From an uncultured bacterium (lineage in GTDB: Bacteria > Edwardsbacteria > AC1 > EtOH8), in assembly GCA_963780225.1 (NCBI GenBank), contig CAWAAX010000020.1, forward strand, positions 1 through 43,825: a stretch of DNA of 43,825 bases, read 5' to 3'. A model generated the notes under the pieces. The model searched no databases. It was given only the letters and a program-made list of their open reading frames with translations, and was not told where the DNA came from. Made by a program: the position numbers and the translations under genes. Shown one piece after another: positions 1-9,402 of this stretch (position 1 is the first letter of the stretch; each line of letters opens with the position of its first letter).

Positions 1-867
1 GGAACCAGTTTTCAAATATTTGAAAATACCGGCCTTAACTTTTCTTACGGCCGATGTTATCAACCACCCGACTGGTATCAGCTGGGCATAGATACCGCCA
101 ACCGCCGGTGGAAAGCAAATACAACGACCAGTTCGTGGCCGGGCTGGAGCATATTTTTGCCGAGGACATCAAGGGAACCATCGAGGCCTATTACAAGACC
201 TTCCGCAAGGTTCCCATCCAAAAGGTTCTGACCACCACCGATCCCTCCGACCGCTCCAATGTTTACGTCAATCAAGGCCGGGGCTACGCTCAGGGAGTGG
301 AACTGTTTCTGCAGAAAAAAGTCAAGGAAAATTTCTGGGGGACATTAAGCTACTCCTATTCCACCTCACAGATGGAAGACCCCCGTTATCCCGGCACCTA
401 TTATGACTGGGACTATGATTATCGAAACATAATTACCGCCATCGCCGTGATACCGCAACGATTTTAAGGATAAATTGTGGTATGTGGATATGCGATACAA
501 ATGGTGGTTCCTGCCCCTGTCCGTCATACCCATTTTCCCAGGGGACGAGACCGAGTATTCCATCCGCTGGCGCTATCTGGGAGGACGCCCTTATACCCCG
601 ATGATAATGCACCCCGAACTGAGGCTGTGGCAGATAGACGAGCAGGTCCAGTTGAACACCGAGCGCTCTGACCCATACAACCGGGTGGATTTCCACGCCC
701 AGCGCCGCTGGTTCTGGGACCGGGTGGGTCTGGTCTCTTACTTTGAGATCGATAATCTTACCAACTACCCCAATATCTGGGAATATCAGTATACCGTGGA
801 CGGAAAGCGCAAACCGATATACCAGTACGGCCTTAATGTTACTGCTGGAATAATAATCGAGTTCTAG
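1..867 (+). pseudogene. C-terminal part of a TonB-dependent receptor-like beta-barrel, with two apparent frameshifts (~108 and ~449); 5' end outside the window
   Basis: Frames join as GTSFQIFENTGLNFSYGR..QPPDWYQL / ESKYNDQFVAGLEH..GRGYAQGVELFLQKK..WGTLSYSYS..DYDYRNIITAIA / YRNDFKDKLW..RYLGGRPYTP..YFEIDNLTNYPN..GIIIEF. The motifs and terminal Phe are typical of TBDR C-termini. Indels may be sequencing errors. Confidence 0.75.
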
Positions 868-1004
868 TTTTTTTGGGATCCCGGCAGGTGCAGTAAACGT
901 ATTTCAGACCAATCAAAAGATCTCCTGAAAAATATGACCTGCGAAGGACCGATAATAGTTAAGTCATATTGCCTGGGAGTTTACCGTGATCTCTCCAAAT
1001 AAAC

Positions 1005-1038
1005 AAAAGAGGCCGTCTTTTAAGACGGCCTCTTTTTT
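1005..1038. terminator. Bidirectional intrinsic terminator
   Basis: AAAAGAGGCCGTCTT-TT-AAGACGGCCTCTTTT between convergent genes. Confidence 0.85.
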
Positions 1039-1112
1039 ATTTTCTGGACATAACTATTTCAGAGATGAACTATTCCGTGTCTCGGAAAGTAGACGCGGTA
1101 CGTACCTGCTTA

Positions 1113-3088
1113 TTAAAACCCGAACATCACTCCCGCCCCGCCCCGGACGATAAGATTGTTCTTGTCAATTGGTCCGGCATTGACGGTGTCGGCCATCATG
1201 TATCCGGCCGAGACTTCGGCCAGGATGCTTATCCTTTCATTGACGAAAATCTTACCCCGGATCCCAGGGCTCCGAACAGTGAGGTTCCGCTGGTTTAGTT
1301 GTTTCCGCCAGTTTATTCTGCCAAAACACCGCCCCGGCCTCCAACGTGGCATAGGGCGATATCTTGGCCTCCGGCAGGATCATGTAGCGCCCCAGGGCCG
1401 CCGCCGGAACCGCGGTGGTGGTGTATTGATCGGTGTTGGATTCCTGTTCCATCGGGTTGACTCCCGACTGTCCGTAACCAACCGTCACCCCCAGCCCCCA
1501 GTGCTGGTTAAGGTTGTAGACCAACCTGCCCGCACCCAATAACCCGGGAGAGGCCGCGTCAACCTCGCCTCCCAAAAACTTTATGACTCCGCCATTCAGG
1601 GTGGCATCAAAGACCGGAGTGGGCGCACAGAATATTTTAAGGCTGGCGGCGCTTTCGTTCCCGGCCCGGTCGGTGGCGACCACGGTGATCGATGTTTTCT
1701 CCGGCCTTCAGCAGGATCTGCTCGCTGAAATCCCCGACCACCGAAACCAGGGCCGGCTTGCCATTGATGGTCAGTTCGGTTTTGGGATCGGTGGATCCGT
1801 CCACCAGCAGTTTCAACTGGTTTACCTTCTCTCCCATCTTGGGGCGTCCTATCCTCAGCCTGGGCCCTTCTATCTTGCGAACCAGTCTTAGGGTGCGGAT
1901 GGGCCAGGGCTGCCCCTCCAGCCCGATGTCATCTATGGCCGTCAGCATCCAGTAAAATACGTCTGTCGGTCTTTCCCGGCTTAAGGCTGAAGGTTTCTTT
2001 ATCGGTGATGATGTCGGCCACCACTTCTCTCATCTCGTAATCCCGGGCGACAATAAGATGGGCCTTCACTCCCTCGCCCCTGCTCCAGGTAAATTTTATG
2101 GTTTTCGGCTTGTCGGGATTGTAGAAAAACGTGTCATTGGCCGCCGGGGTTTTGGGCATGGGCGGCTTGGGCAGATCCACCGCCGGTTCCGGATGCTGGC
2201 CGGGCAGGCAGCGGCTTCCCTGGGCGGCCATGATGGACTTGTCAATTGAATTGGCGATCTGTCCCCGCCACATCACGTTGTCCTCCCACACCGATAACAG
2301 GGCGGTCCGGTCCGGCTTTGATTCCACCACAAATTCGGTGCCCCGGATCCCGGCCACCGCGTTGGCGTTCCCAGCGTAAAAGCTTTCTTTTTGTCGCCCA
2401 GCTTGCTGATCCTGGCGTAGGCTTTCCCGGCGATCAGGTTAAGGCCGACCTGGGCCTTTTTGTTTCCGGTCTCCCAGGACTGTTCTTCGATCACCAGGTC
2501 CGAGCTGGGATTTATCCTTACCCGGGAACCGTTGTCAAATGTTATCTCGGCCCGGCCGGTGGAATCGGTGACCACTTCGTCCAGGATGGTCAGCACCTGG
2601 CTTAAGGCTGGCCGGCTGGAATTTGCTGATGCCTTGCTTGCGGACAAAGACATTGCCCTGAAGATAGGATAACCTGGCGGTCCGGATCTTGGAGAGCACC
2701 GTTATTTCCACCCGGCGGTTCCTGGCCCGGTATTCGTCGGTCAGGTTGGGCATCAACGGAATCAGATCTCCGTATCCCTTGGCCGTCAGCTGGGACGATG
2801 CTATCCGGTGCTTGGTGATAAGGTAGTTGCAGACCGATTGGGCCCTCTGCTGGGATAGTTTTTGATTCTGTTTTGTTGCCCACGTTGTCGGTGTGGCCGG
2901 CCACCTCCACCTTGGCGCCGGAACGCATCAGGAACTGGCCCAGGGTGTCCAGGGCCGGCAGGGTGGCGGTTTCTATGACCGCCGAGCCGGACTTGAACCG
3001 GATGTTGGAGAATTCAAACTTGATGGCCTGGGCAAGAAGCAGCGAAGGCAGCAAGGACTAGAATTAACCATAGCGTGATTTTTCTCAT
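1113..3088 (-). pseudogene. Multidomain envelope protein: signal peptide, OmpA-like peptidoglycan-binding domain, FecR-like domain, Ig/FN3-like domains, C-terminal OM beta-barrel; split by about 7 frameshifts
   Basis: AAGGAG RBS and ATG at 3088. Consecutive fragments read IRFKSGSA..VEVAGHTDNVG / LSQQRAQSV..GYG..RARNRRVEI (OmpA_C), VVTDSTGRAEITFDNGSRVRINPSSDL / AGIRGTEFVV (FecR), VVATDRAGNES (Ig-like), RGGAGVMFGF* (barrel end). Confidence 0.75.
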
Positions 3089-3236
3089 GATGAAAACTCC
3101 TTAAACTTTATTGCGGCGGATTATTTTGTTTTGCTTTTTTCCGGAATTTTCCACTGCTTATAATATACAAAAAAGGGAGCAAATATCAAGGAAAATATTT
3201 CAGGATTTAATGGTTCGGCTTAACTCCTGTCACCTG

Positions 3237-5153
3237 TCAAATCCCCGTTTTCTTCAGATGCACCAGCAACACCCCTATGTCCGACGGCGTGATTCCCGAG
3301 ATGCGGGTGGCCTGCCCGATGGACAGCGGCTTGATGGCCGCCAGTTTTTGCCGGGCCTCGCCCGAAAGCCCGTAAACGGCGGAATAGTCCAGGCCAGCCG
3401 GAACCGCCTTGTACTCCAGTTCCGCCGTCTTGTCCGCCGTCTCTTGCTGTCTTTTAATGTAGCCTTGATATTTTATCTCTATCTCCACCCGCTCCGTAAT
3501 TTCCCGGTCAAGTTCCGGACGGTGCTGGTCCAACGGCAGAAGCGATGCATAGCTTATTCCCGGGCGCTTCAGCAGATCGTCCAGCCGGCAAGCCTCGGAC
3601 AAGGGCGCAGTATGAAGGTCCTGCAATATGTCGTTGGCCTGTTCCGGGAAAACCGTTTCCCGGCCCAGCCGGTCCAGTTCCTTGTTGATCCTGTCCTGCC
3701 GGCTTTGGAATCGTCCCCAGACATCGTCGCCCACCAGCCCCAGCTGACGCCCCAGCGGCAGCAGCCTTTCCGGGGCATTGTCCTGGCGCAGCAGCAGCCG
3801 GTGCTCGGCCCGCGAGGTGAACATCCGGTAGGGTTCTTCCGTGCCCTTGGTTACCAGGTCGTCGATCAGCACGCCTATGTAGGCCTGATCCCGGCGCAGG
3901 ATAAGAGGTCCCTGCTTCTTTATTTTTAAAGCCGCGTTGACCCCGGCCAAAAGCCCCTGGGCGGCCGCCTCTTCGTAGCCCGAAGTCCCGTTGATCTGCC
4001 CGGCCAGATACAGGCCGCTGATCTGCTTGACCTCCAGGGTGGGAAAAAGCTGGGTGGGAAAAACATAGTCGTATTCTATGGCATATCCGAACCGCATGAT
4101 CTTTGCCTGTTCCAGCCCGGCGATGCTGTGGATGAATTGTTCCTGCACCTCCTCTGGCAGAGAGGATGAAATGCCGTTTAAATACAATTCATCGGTATTC
4201 AGCCCCTCCGGTTCGATGAACACCTGGTGGTGGCTGCGCCCGGAGAAACGAACCACCTTGTCCTCTATTGATGGACAGTAGCGGGGGCCGATGCCTTTTA
4301 TCTTTCCCGAGTACAGGGGAGAGCTTCCTATGTTCTCGGAGATTATTTTATGAGTGGTCTCGTTGGTCTGGGTCAGATGGCAAGGCACCTGTTCCAGCTT
4401 TGGCCAGATCCGCCTTTTTTGCCCGGTGCGGTGACTGATGGTCTCGTAAACTTCGGTCCGGTTGGAAAAATGCTGGGGATCATCATCGCCCGGATGCAAA
4501 TCCATTTTGGAGAAATCAACCGACCTGGCATTTACCCGGGCTGGTGTGCCAGTTTTCAATCTGCCCAGACCTAAGCCATTGCATATGAGCGACTTGGAGA
4601 TTTCCGTGGCCGCCGGCTCCCCGGCCCTGCCAGCTGGAAAGGTTTTCGGTCCGATGTGAATGAGCCCGTTCAAAAATGTTCCGGTGGCAATTATTACCGC
4701 CCGGCACAAGAACTCCCGGCCGCCGTCGGCCACTATCCCCCGGATCGTCTTGCTGGAACCATCCTTGTCCACCAGCAAACTGATGGCCGTGCCTTGCTTG
4801 ATCTCCAAACCATCCTGACGTTCCAAAGCTTTTTTGGCTTCGGTGGAATAGATCTGCCGGTCGCACTGAGCCCTTAACGACCACACCGCCGGCCCCTTGC
4901 TTAGGTTGAGCATCCGGAACTGGATCCCTGTGGCATCGGCCAACAGCCCCATCTCTCCGCCTAGCGCGTCTATCTCTTTTACCAGCTGGCTTTTGGCCAG
5001 GCCTCCGATGGAGGGGTTACAAGACATCCAGCCGATCCTGTCCAGCGACATGGTAAACAGCGCGGTATTCAGCCCCATTTTAGCGCAGGCTAAAGCTGCC
5101 TCGATTCCGGCATGTCCTCCGCCGATAATTATTATATCGTATTTATTTGACAT
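3237..5153 (-). CDS. mnmG: tRNA uridine-5-carboxymethylaminomethyl(34) synthesis enzyme MnmG (GidA)
   Basis: [70 protein letters not shown]; start taken at MSNKYD. Confidence 0.98.
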   Translation of the reverse strand: MSNKYDIIIIGGGHAGIEAALACAKMGLNTALFTMSLDRIGWMSCNPSIGGLAKSQLVKEIDALGGEMGLLADATGIQFRMLNLSKGPAVWSLRAQCDRQIYSTEAKKALERQDGLEIKQGTAISLLVDKDGSSKTIRGIVADGGREFLCRAVIIATGTFLNGLIHIGPKTFPAGRAGEPAATEISKSLICNGLGLGRLKTGTPARVNARSVDFSKMDLHPGDDDPQHFSNRTEVYETISHRTGQKRRIWPKLEQVPCHLTQTNETTHKIISENIGSSPLYSGKIKGIGPRYCPSIEDKVVRFSGRSHHQVFIEPEGLNTDELYLNGISSSLPEEVQEQFIHSIAGLEQAKIMRFGYAIEYDYVFPTQLFPTLEVKQISGLYLAGQINGTSGYEEAAAQGLLAGVNAALKIKKQGPLILRRDQAYIGVLIDDLVTKGTEEPYRMFTSRAEHRLLLRQDNAPERLLPLGRQLGLVGDDVWGRFQSRQDRINKELDRLGRETVFPEQANDILQDLHTAPLSEACRLDDLLKRPGISYASLLPLDQHRPELDREITERVEIEIKYQGYIKRQQETADKTAELEYKAVPAGLDYSAVYGLSGEARQKLAAIKPLSIGQATRISGITPSDIGVLLVHLKKTGI

Positions 5154-5232
5154 ATTCAGGATATTATGATAGCATATCCTATTCATTAAAACAAGGCAGG
5201 GGATAGCATTATGGGAAATTTATTTTCCCAGG

Positions 5233-5261
5233 GGAACCAAAACCTCCGGGACAGCATCTAA
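5233..5261 (+). promoter_or_regulatory. Candidate ECF-sigma (RpoE-like) promoter
   Basis: GGAACC-N16-CATCTAA upstream of the RBS/ATG at 5306, resembling GGAACT..GTCTAA-type ECF promoters. Confidence 0.4.
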
Positions 5262-5305
5262 TGTATATAACCTGAAAAATAAAATTAACCAAAATAGGAG
5301 GAACC

Positions 5306-5848
5306 ATGAAAACCATTCTCAACCTGGCTTTGGCCTTGGCAATAGTGGCATTGCTGGCCCCGATGGCAGTAGCCCAAGATGCTGACTCTTTAGTAATAAA
5401 GAACCAGCTTAAGACACAGAATGATGGAGCCGAGCAGCAACTACAGATCCAAAATCGGGAACAGACCCAAAATGAAGCCTTGGCGGATTCCGGCCAGGGA
5501 AAAATGATTCAAACCAGGACCAGAACAGCCCAAAAATCCGGCGAAGGCGACTCTGCTCAGGTCAAGGTGCAGAACAAAGTTCGCACCCAGAACAAGGGAA
5601 CAGACCAGAAGGTCAGAACTCGCACCGAAGAAGGAGACAAGGGCCAGGGAGACATGACTCAAACTCGGTACCGCGATGAAGATGGTGACGGAATCTGCGA
5701 TTCTACCCAGACCAAGGAACAGAAAAAAGAACAGACAAAAAAACAAACCCGCACCCGGACCAAGAAACAGACCAGCGAAAGCATGGTTCCTCAGGGCGGC
5801 GGTTCCGGCAGCAGACAGGGCTCCGGATCGGGCAATGGCAACAACTAA
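5306..5848 (+). CDS. Secreted low-complexity Q/T/R/K-rich protein with a DxDGDGxxD Ca-binding-like motif
   Basis: AGGAGG RBS, signal peptide ending AVA, QTRTR-like repeats, RDEDGDGICD, Gly/Ser tail. Confidence 0.8.
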   Translation: MKTILNLALALAIVALLAPMAVAQDADSLVIKNQLKTQNDGAEQQLQIQNREQTQNEALADSGQGKMIQTRTRTAQKSGEGDSAQVKVQNKVRTQNKGTDQKVRTRTEEGDKGQGDMTQTRYRDEDGDGICDSTQTKEQKKEQTKKQTRTRTKKQTSESMVPQGGGSGSRQGSGSGNGNN

Positions 5849-5872
5849 ATTTATTGCCTGAAAGACTTTGAC

Positions 5873-5910
5873 AAACCGCAGATTTAATAATAATTAAATC
5901 TGCGGTTTTT
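5873..5910 (+). terminator. Intrinsic terminator
   Basis: AAACCGCAGATTTAAT-AATA-ATTAAATCTGCGGTTT followed by T-run. Confidence 0.75.
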
Positions 5911-6103
5911 GTAGTTTTAAATTTTCTGCCGAAAACACCATGACCATCAGAACATCCTACGAATTGAAGATTAAAATCTCTCTCCTTTAAAAGCCTTTGT
6001 CCCTTCCCCTTTAAAACACGACCACCGGGCAACTAAGCAACTTGTGACTTTGTATAAGCCGGCGGGTGGAAAGCAAAAACCAGATTAACTCATGGAGATA
6101 ACT

Positions 6104-7207
6104 ATGAAAAAACTATTGTTCCTGTTGCTTTTGCCGGCCTTGGGGGCCACCTTGGCCTTTGGCCAGATTTCCGGCACGGCCGGCGTCTGGACAGACTACA
6201 ACAGCAATGCCTTTTCAGATGCCTTAGGGGGAGGAACCATGACCCTGGGAGCATTTTTAGACCTGGCAGCCGACTGGCCTTTCGGGGACTCCCCTCTTTC
6301 CTTAAGCGCTGATTATTCAGGAAGTTACAGCGCTTATTTAAGTTATTTGGGAAGAAGCCATAATGACCACCTGGCCACTGCCCTGCTGGTTTTTGACATC
6401 GGCAAAGACGGTTATGCCGGCCTGGGAGGATCTTTTGAGACCCAAATAAATTCGGCCGACCGCATGTATTATGACAACAGTTCTACCGCAGCGATTTTGG
6501 AATCAAAACTATATCTGGCCCGGCCCGTACTTTTAAAGCTTGACGGTTCAGTCGGAAAAACAACTTTCAGTTATTTTCAAAATTACGACTTTAATGCTTT
6601 TGATGTTGTCGGTTCTCTGAGCCTGTTTTTACCCACCAATACCGCCTTGACCGGCCTGGCCAACTATAACCGGAAGAGCTACCTTTCCGGCAACGATACC
6701 CTGGCGCCCCAGAGCATTGTCTATTTAAGCCCCCGGATAAAATTTACCCAGGCGTTAGGACAACATGTTGGGTTGGCGTTATCCTTTGGAACCCAACAAA
6801 ACAAAGTCACGGCCGACAGTTTCTATATGCCCGACACCCTTTTGCGCGAAGTGGCCGAGTATTTTGACTACCGGGGCAACCGTTTGGAGGCCCAGCTAAC
6901 ATTTTTAACTCCCGAAGGCAATAAGGTGGTAGCCTATGGCAACTACAATAATAAGGACTTTTCCTCGCTTTATGCCTATCAAGAAGTACCCAAAGATTCC
7001 AGCCCCTTTAATCGGCTCCCCAGCGCAAACTTACGAAAAGATGCCATCACTGAGCTGGGGGTTGAACTGACCCTGGGGTTGGGAGAGTTAGAGGCCAAGG
7101 CAACCCGTCTTATTTTGGGGGGTAATTATCTGATCAATTCCTCCAACGATCCTTATTACGACTTTTCCCGGATGCTTTTGTCGGCCACGTTTGAGTATAG
7201 TTTTTAA
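6104..7207 (+). CDS. Hypothetical outer-membrane beta-barrel protein
   Basis: GGAG RBS, MKKLLF signal peptide, alternating aromatic/hydrophobic strands, terminal FEYSF. Confidence 0.75.
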   Translation: MKKLLFLLLLPALGATLAFGQISGTAGVWTDYNSNAFSDALGGGTMTLGAFLDLAADWPFGDSPLSLSADYSGSYSAYLSYLGRSHNDHLATALLVFDIGKDGYAGLGGSFETQINSADRMYYDNSSTAAILESKLYLARPVLLKLDGSVGKTTFSYFQNYDFNAFDVVGSLSLFLPTNTALTGLANYNRKSYLSGNDTLAPQSIVYLSPRIKFTQALGQHVGLALSFGTQQNKVTADSFYMPDTLLREVAEYFDYRGNRLEAQLTFLTPEGNKVVAYGNYNNKDFSSLYAYQEVPKDSSPFNRLPSANLRKDAITELGVELTLGLGELEAKATRLILGGNYLINSSNDPYYDFSRMLLSATFEYSF

Positions 7208-7223
7208 TGTTTCACGTGAAACA
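7208..7223. promoter_or_regulatory. parS: parS site (ParB binding palindrome)
   Basis: Exact TGTTTCACGTGAAACA. Confidence 0.95.
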
Positions 7224-7227
7224 CTTT

Positions 7228-7262
7228 CGGGCGTTCCAGGTTGACTGGGATGCCCGTTTTTA
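7228..7262 (+). terminator. Intrinsic terminator between the two parS sites
   Basis: CGGGCGTTCCAG-GTTGA-CTGGGATGCCCG-TTTTT; stem with G-U pairs on + strand. Confidence 0.7.
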
Positions 7263-7279
7263 TATTTTTCTGATTAGAT

Positions 7280-7295
7280 TGTTTCACGTGAAACA
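7280..7295. promoter_or_regulatory. parS: parS site (second copy)
   Basis: Exact TGTTTCACGTGAAACA; palindrome extends to GAT..ATC (7277-7298). Confidence 0.95.
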
Positions 7296-7309
7296 ATCAC
7301 CGGTTTTGT

Positions 7310-7338
7310 TTGACATTTAATGGATTAAGTTTTATAAT
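7310..7338 (+). promoter_or_regulatory. Consensus sigma70 promoter of ilvE
   Basis: TTGACA-N17-TATAAT. Confidence 0.85.
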
Positions 7339-7375
7339 TAATAATCGTTTCATCTTTAATCTTTAAGGCGTTAAA

Positions 7376-8446
7376 ATGAACATTCAAACCACTCTGTTGC
7401 CCAAAGAAAAACTGAAGCCCCTCTATTCCGACCCCATGAAGCTCCAGTTTGGCCGCACCTTCACCGATTACATGTTCACCATGTCCTTCAACCGGAAACT
7501 GGGCTGGCACAACCCGGAGATCAAGCCTTACCAGCCTCTGGTTCTGGATCCGGCAGCCAATGTTTTCCACTACAGCCAGGAAGTTTTTGAAGGCCAAAAA
7601 GCATATAAGTCTTCAGACGGCAGGATCCTGCTTTTCCGGCCGGAGGAAAACGCTAAAAGGCTGAATAACTCCATGCGCCGGATCTGCATGCCAGAGATTC
7701 CGGTAGAAGATGTCATCCAAGCGGTCTGCGAGTTGGTTAAGCTGGAAGAGCGTTGGGTCCCCTTTGCTGAAGGCTGTTCCCTTTACATCCGGCCCACCGT
7801 GATCGGCACCGAGGCCGCTCTGGGGGTCAAGGCTTCCGACGAATACCTGTTCTACATCATCCTCTCCCCTGTCGGTCCATATTTCCCTGAGGGGTTCAAT
7901 CCGGTAGGGTTATGGGTCTCGGACAGCTTTACCCGGGCGGCACTGGGCGGCACCGGCGAAGCCAAGACCGGAGGCAACTACGCCGCCAGCCTGCTGGCTT
8001 CCCAGCAGGCCAAGGACCGGGGCTACAGCCAGGTGCTGTGGCTGGATGCCAGGGAACACCGGTTCATCGAAGAGGTGGGGGCCATGAACATCTTTTTTGT
8101 GATCGAGAACGTGCTGGTAACCCCTCCCCTGTCCGGTAGCATTTTAAGCGGCATTACCCGCAAATCAGTGCTAAAGCTAGCCGAGGACATAGGCATCCGG
8201 GCCGAACAGCGGCAGTTGACGATTGACGAGCTGGTGGACGGCATCAAATTTCAGAAGGTGACCGAGATCTTTGCGGCTGGCACCGCGGCCGTGGTCAGCC
8301 CGGTGGGCAAGCTCAGCTATAAGGGCCAGGAATACGTGGTGGGCAAGAAAGCCGGCCCCTGGTCCAAGAAGTTTTTTGATACCCTAACCGGCATCCAGAC
8401 CGGCAAACTGCCGGACAAGCACGGCTGGGTGTATCAGGTAAAATAA
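7376..8446 (+). CDS. ilvE: Branched-chain amino acid aminotransferase
   Basis: FGRTFTDYM, FHYSQEVFEGQKAY, LYIRP, GEAKTGGNYA, EEVGAMN, ILSGITRKS, GTAAVVSPVG. Confidence 0.96.
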   Translation: MNIQTTLLPKEKLKPLYSDPMKLQFGRTFTDYMFTMSFNRKLGWHNPEIKPYQPLVLDPAANVFHYSQEVFEGQKAYKSSDGRILLFRPEENAKRLNNSMRRICMPEIPVEDVIQAVCELVKLEERWVPFAEGCSLYIRPTVIGTEAALGVKASDEYLFYIILSPVGPYFPEGFNPVGLWVSDSFTRAALGGTGEAKTGGNYAASLLASQQAKDRGYSQVLWLDAREHRFIEEVGAMNIFFVIENVLVTPPLSGSILSGITRKSVLKLAEDIGIRAEQRQLTIDELVDGIKFQKVTEIFAAGTAAVVSPVGKLSYKGQEYVVGKKAGPWSKKFFDTLTGIQTGKLPDKHGWVYQVK

Positions 8447-8471
8447 GACTATTTTAGTCCTGTTTAACACT

Positions 8472-8567
8472 TGGCCACAGAAAGCACAAAAATCACATAA
8501 GCGTAATATGGTTACTGTGTAATAACGTCAAGCATTTATTTTGTGTCCTATGTGCTTTTTGTGGCCA
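8472..8567. repeat. Imperfect inverted repeat made of ~9-nt CACA-containing units
   Basis: TGGCCACAGAAAGCACAAAAATCACATAA ... TTTTGTGTCCTATGTGCTTTTTGTGGCCA. Confidence 0.7.
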
Positions 8568-8600
8568 GATAAAACCCCGGGTACAAAAAGAGGGCGGAAG

Positions 8601-9341
8601 TTATTTCTTCCGCCCTCTTTTTATTTGAGCCAGTTCTTCATCGGTCATTCGCCGGGCCTCGCCCAGCGGCAGGTATTCCAGCTTTACCGGACCAAAGGAG
8701 ATCCTCTTCAGCTCCATCACCTGGCGGCCCAGCGCCCGGAACATCATCTTGACCTCGCGCTTTTTGCCCTCCCGGATAGTGATCTCAATAAAGGAATTCT
8801 GCTCCCGGGGGTCGTAGCGCAGTATTTTGGCCGGGGCCGGGGCGTACTGTTCGCCCTCGTATTCTACCCCCTGTTGCAACTCGTCCAGCTCTGCCTTCTG
8901 CACCAAGCCCCGCACCCAGACCACGTAGGTCCGCTTGATCTGGTTGCTGGGATGGGTGATCTGCTCTATCAGCTCTCCGTCGTCGGTCATGATCATCAGT
9001 CCCTCGCTGTCCAGGTCTAGCCTCCCGGCATATTTCATGTTCTTCAGGTAAAAGGGGACCACGTCGTAGATGGTAGGCCGGCCGTAGGGGTCGCCCCGGC
9101 TGCAGAGGTAGCCCTTGGGCTTGTTAAAGACCCAGTACTGGTGGACCTTGGGCGGATTGATGTGCTTGCCGCCCACTTTGACGGTGCTGCGGGAGGGAAG
9201 TATCACCGTGCCCAGCTCGGTCACTTTTTTCCCGTTGACCGTAACCTGTCCGGCCGCGATCATCTCGTCCGCCTGGCGGCGCGAGGCCACCCCGCACTGG
9301 GCCAGGAATTTATTGAGCCTTACTTTTTGTTCCATGTTCAT
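8601..9341 (-). CDS. rRNA pseudouridine synthase, RluB/RsuA family
   Basis: S4 domain VRLNKFLAQCGVASRR, FNKPKG, GRLDLDSEGL, EGKKREVK. Confidence 0.95.
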   Translation of the reverse strand: MNMEQKVRLNKFLAQCGVASRRQADEMIAAGQVTVNGKKVTELGTVILPSRSTVKVGGKHINPPKVHQYWVFNKPKGYLCSRGDPYGRPTIYDVVPFYLKNMKYAGRLDLDSEGLMIMTDDGELIEQITHPSNQIKRTYVVWVRGLVQKAELDELQQGVEYEGEQYAPAPAKILRYDPREQNSFIEITIREGKKREVKMMFRALGRQVMELKRISFGPVKLEYLPLGEARRMTDEELAQIKRGRKK

Positions 9342-9402
9342 AGGATATCATTTTTACCCGATATTTGCAACATATTTATAAATTTACCATATTGGATAAT
9401 TT

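Noticed and set aside
868..1004. Possible small RNA after the TBDR-like gene
   Set aside because: Only an 8-bp inverted repeat (AATATGAC/GTCATATT) in an error-prone region; insufficient support.
3111..3929. 272-aa plus-strand ORF and similar long overlapping ORFs (e.g. 17635..18504, 27629..28558, 37017..37769)
   Set aside because: Antisense or alternate-frame shadows of well-supported genes in GC3-rich DNA, with no recognisable motifs.
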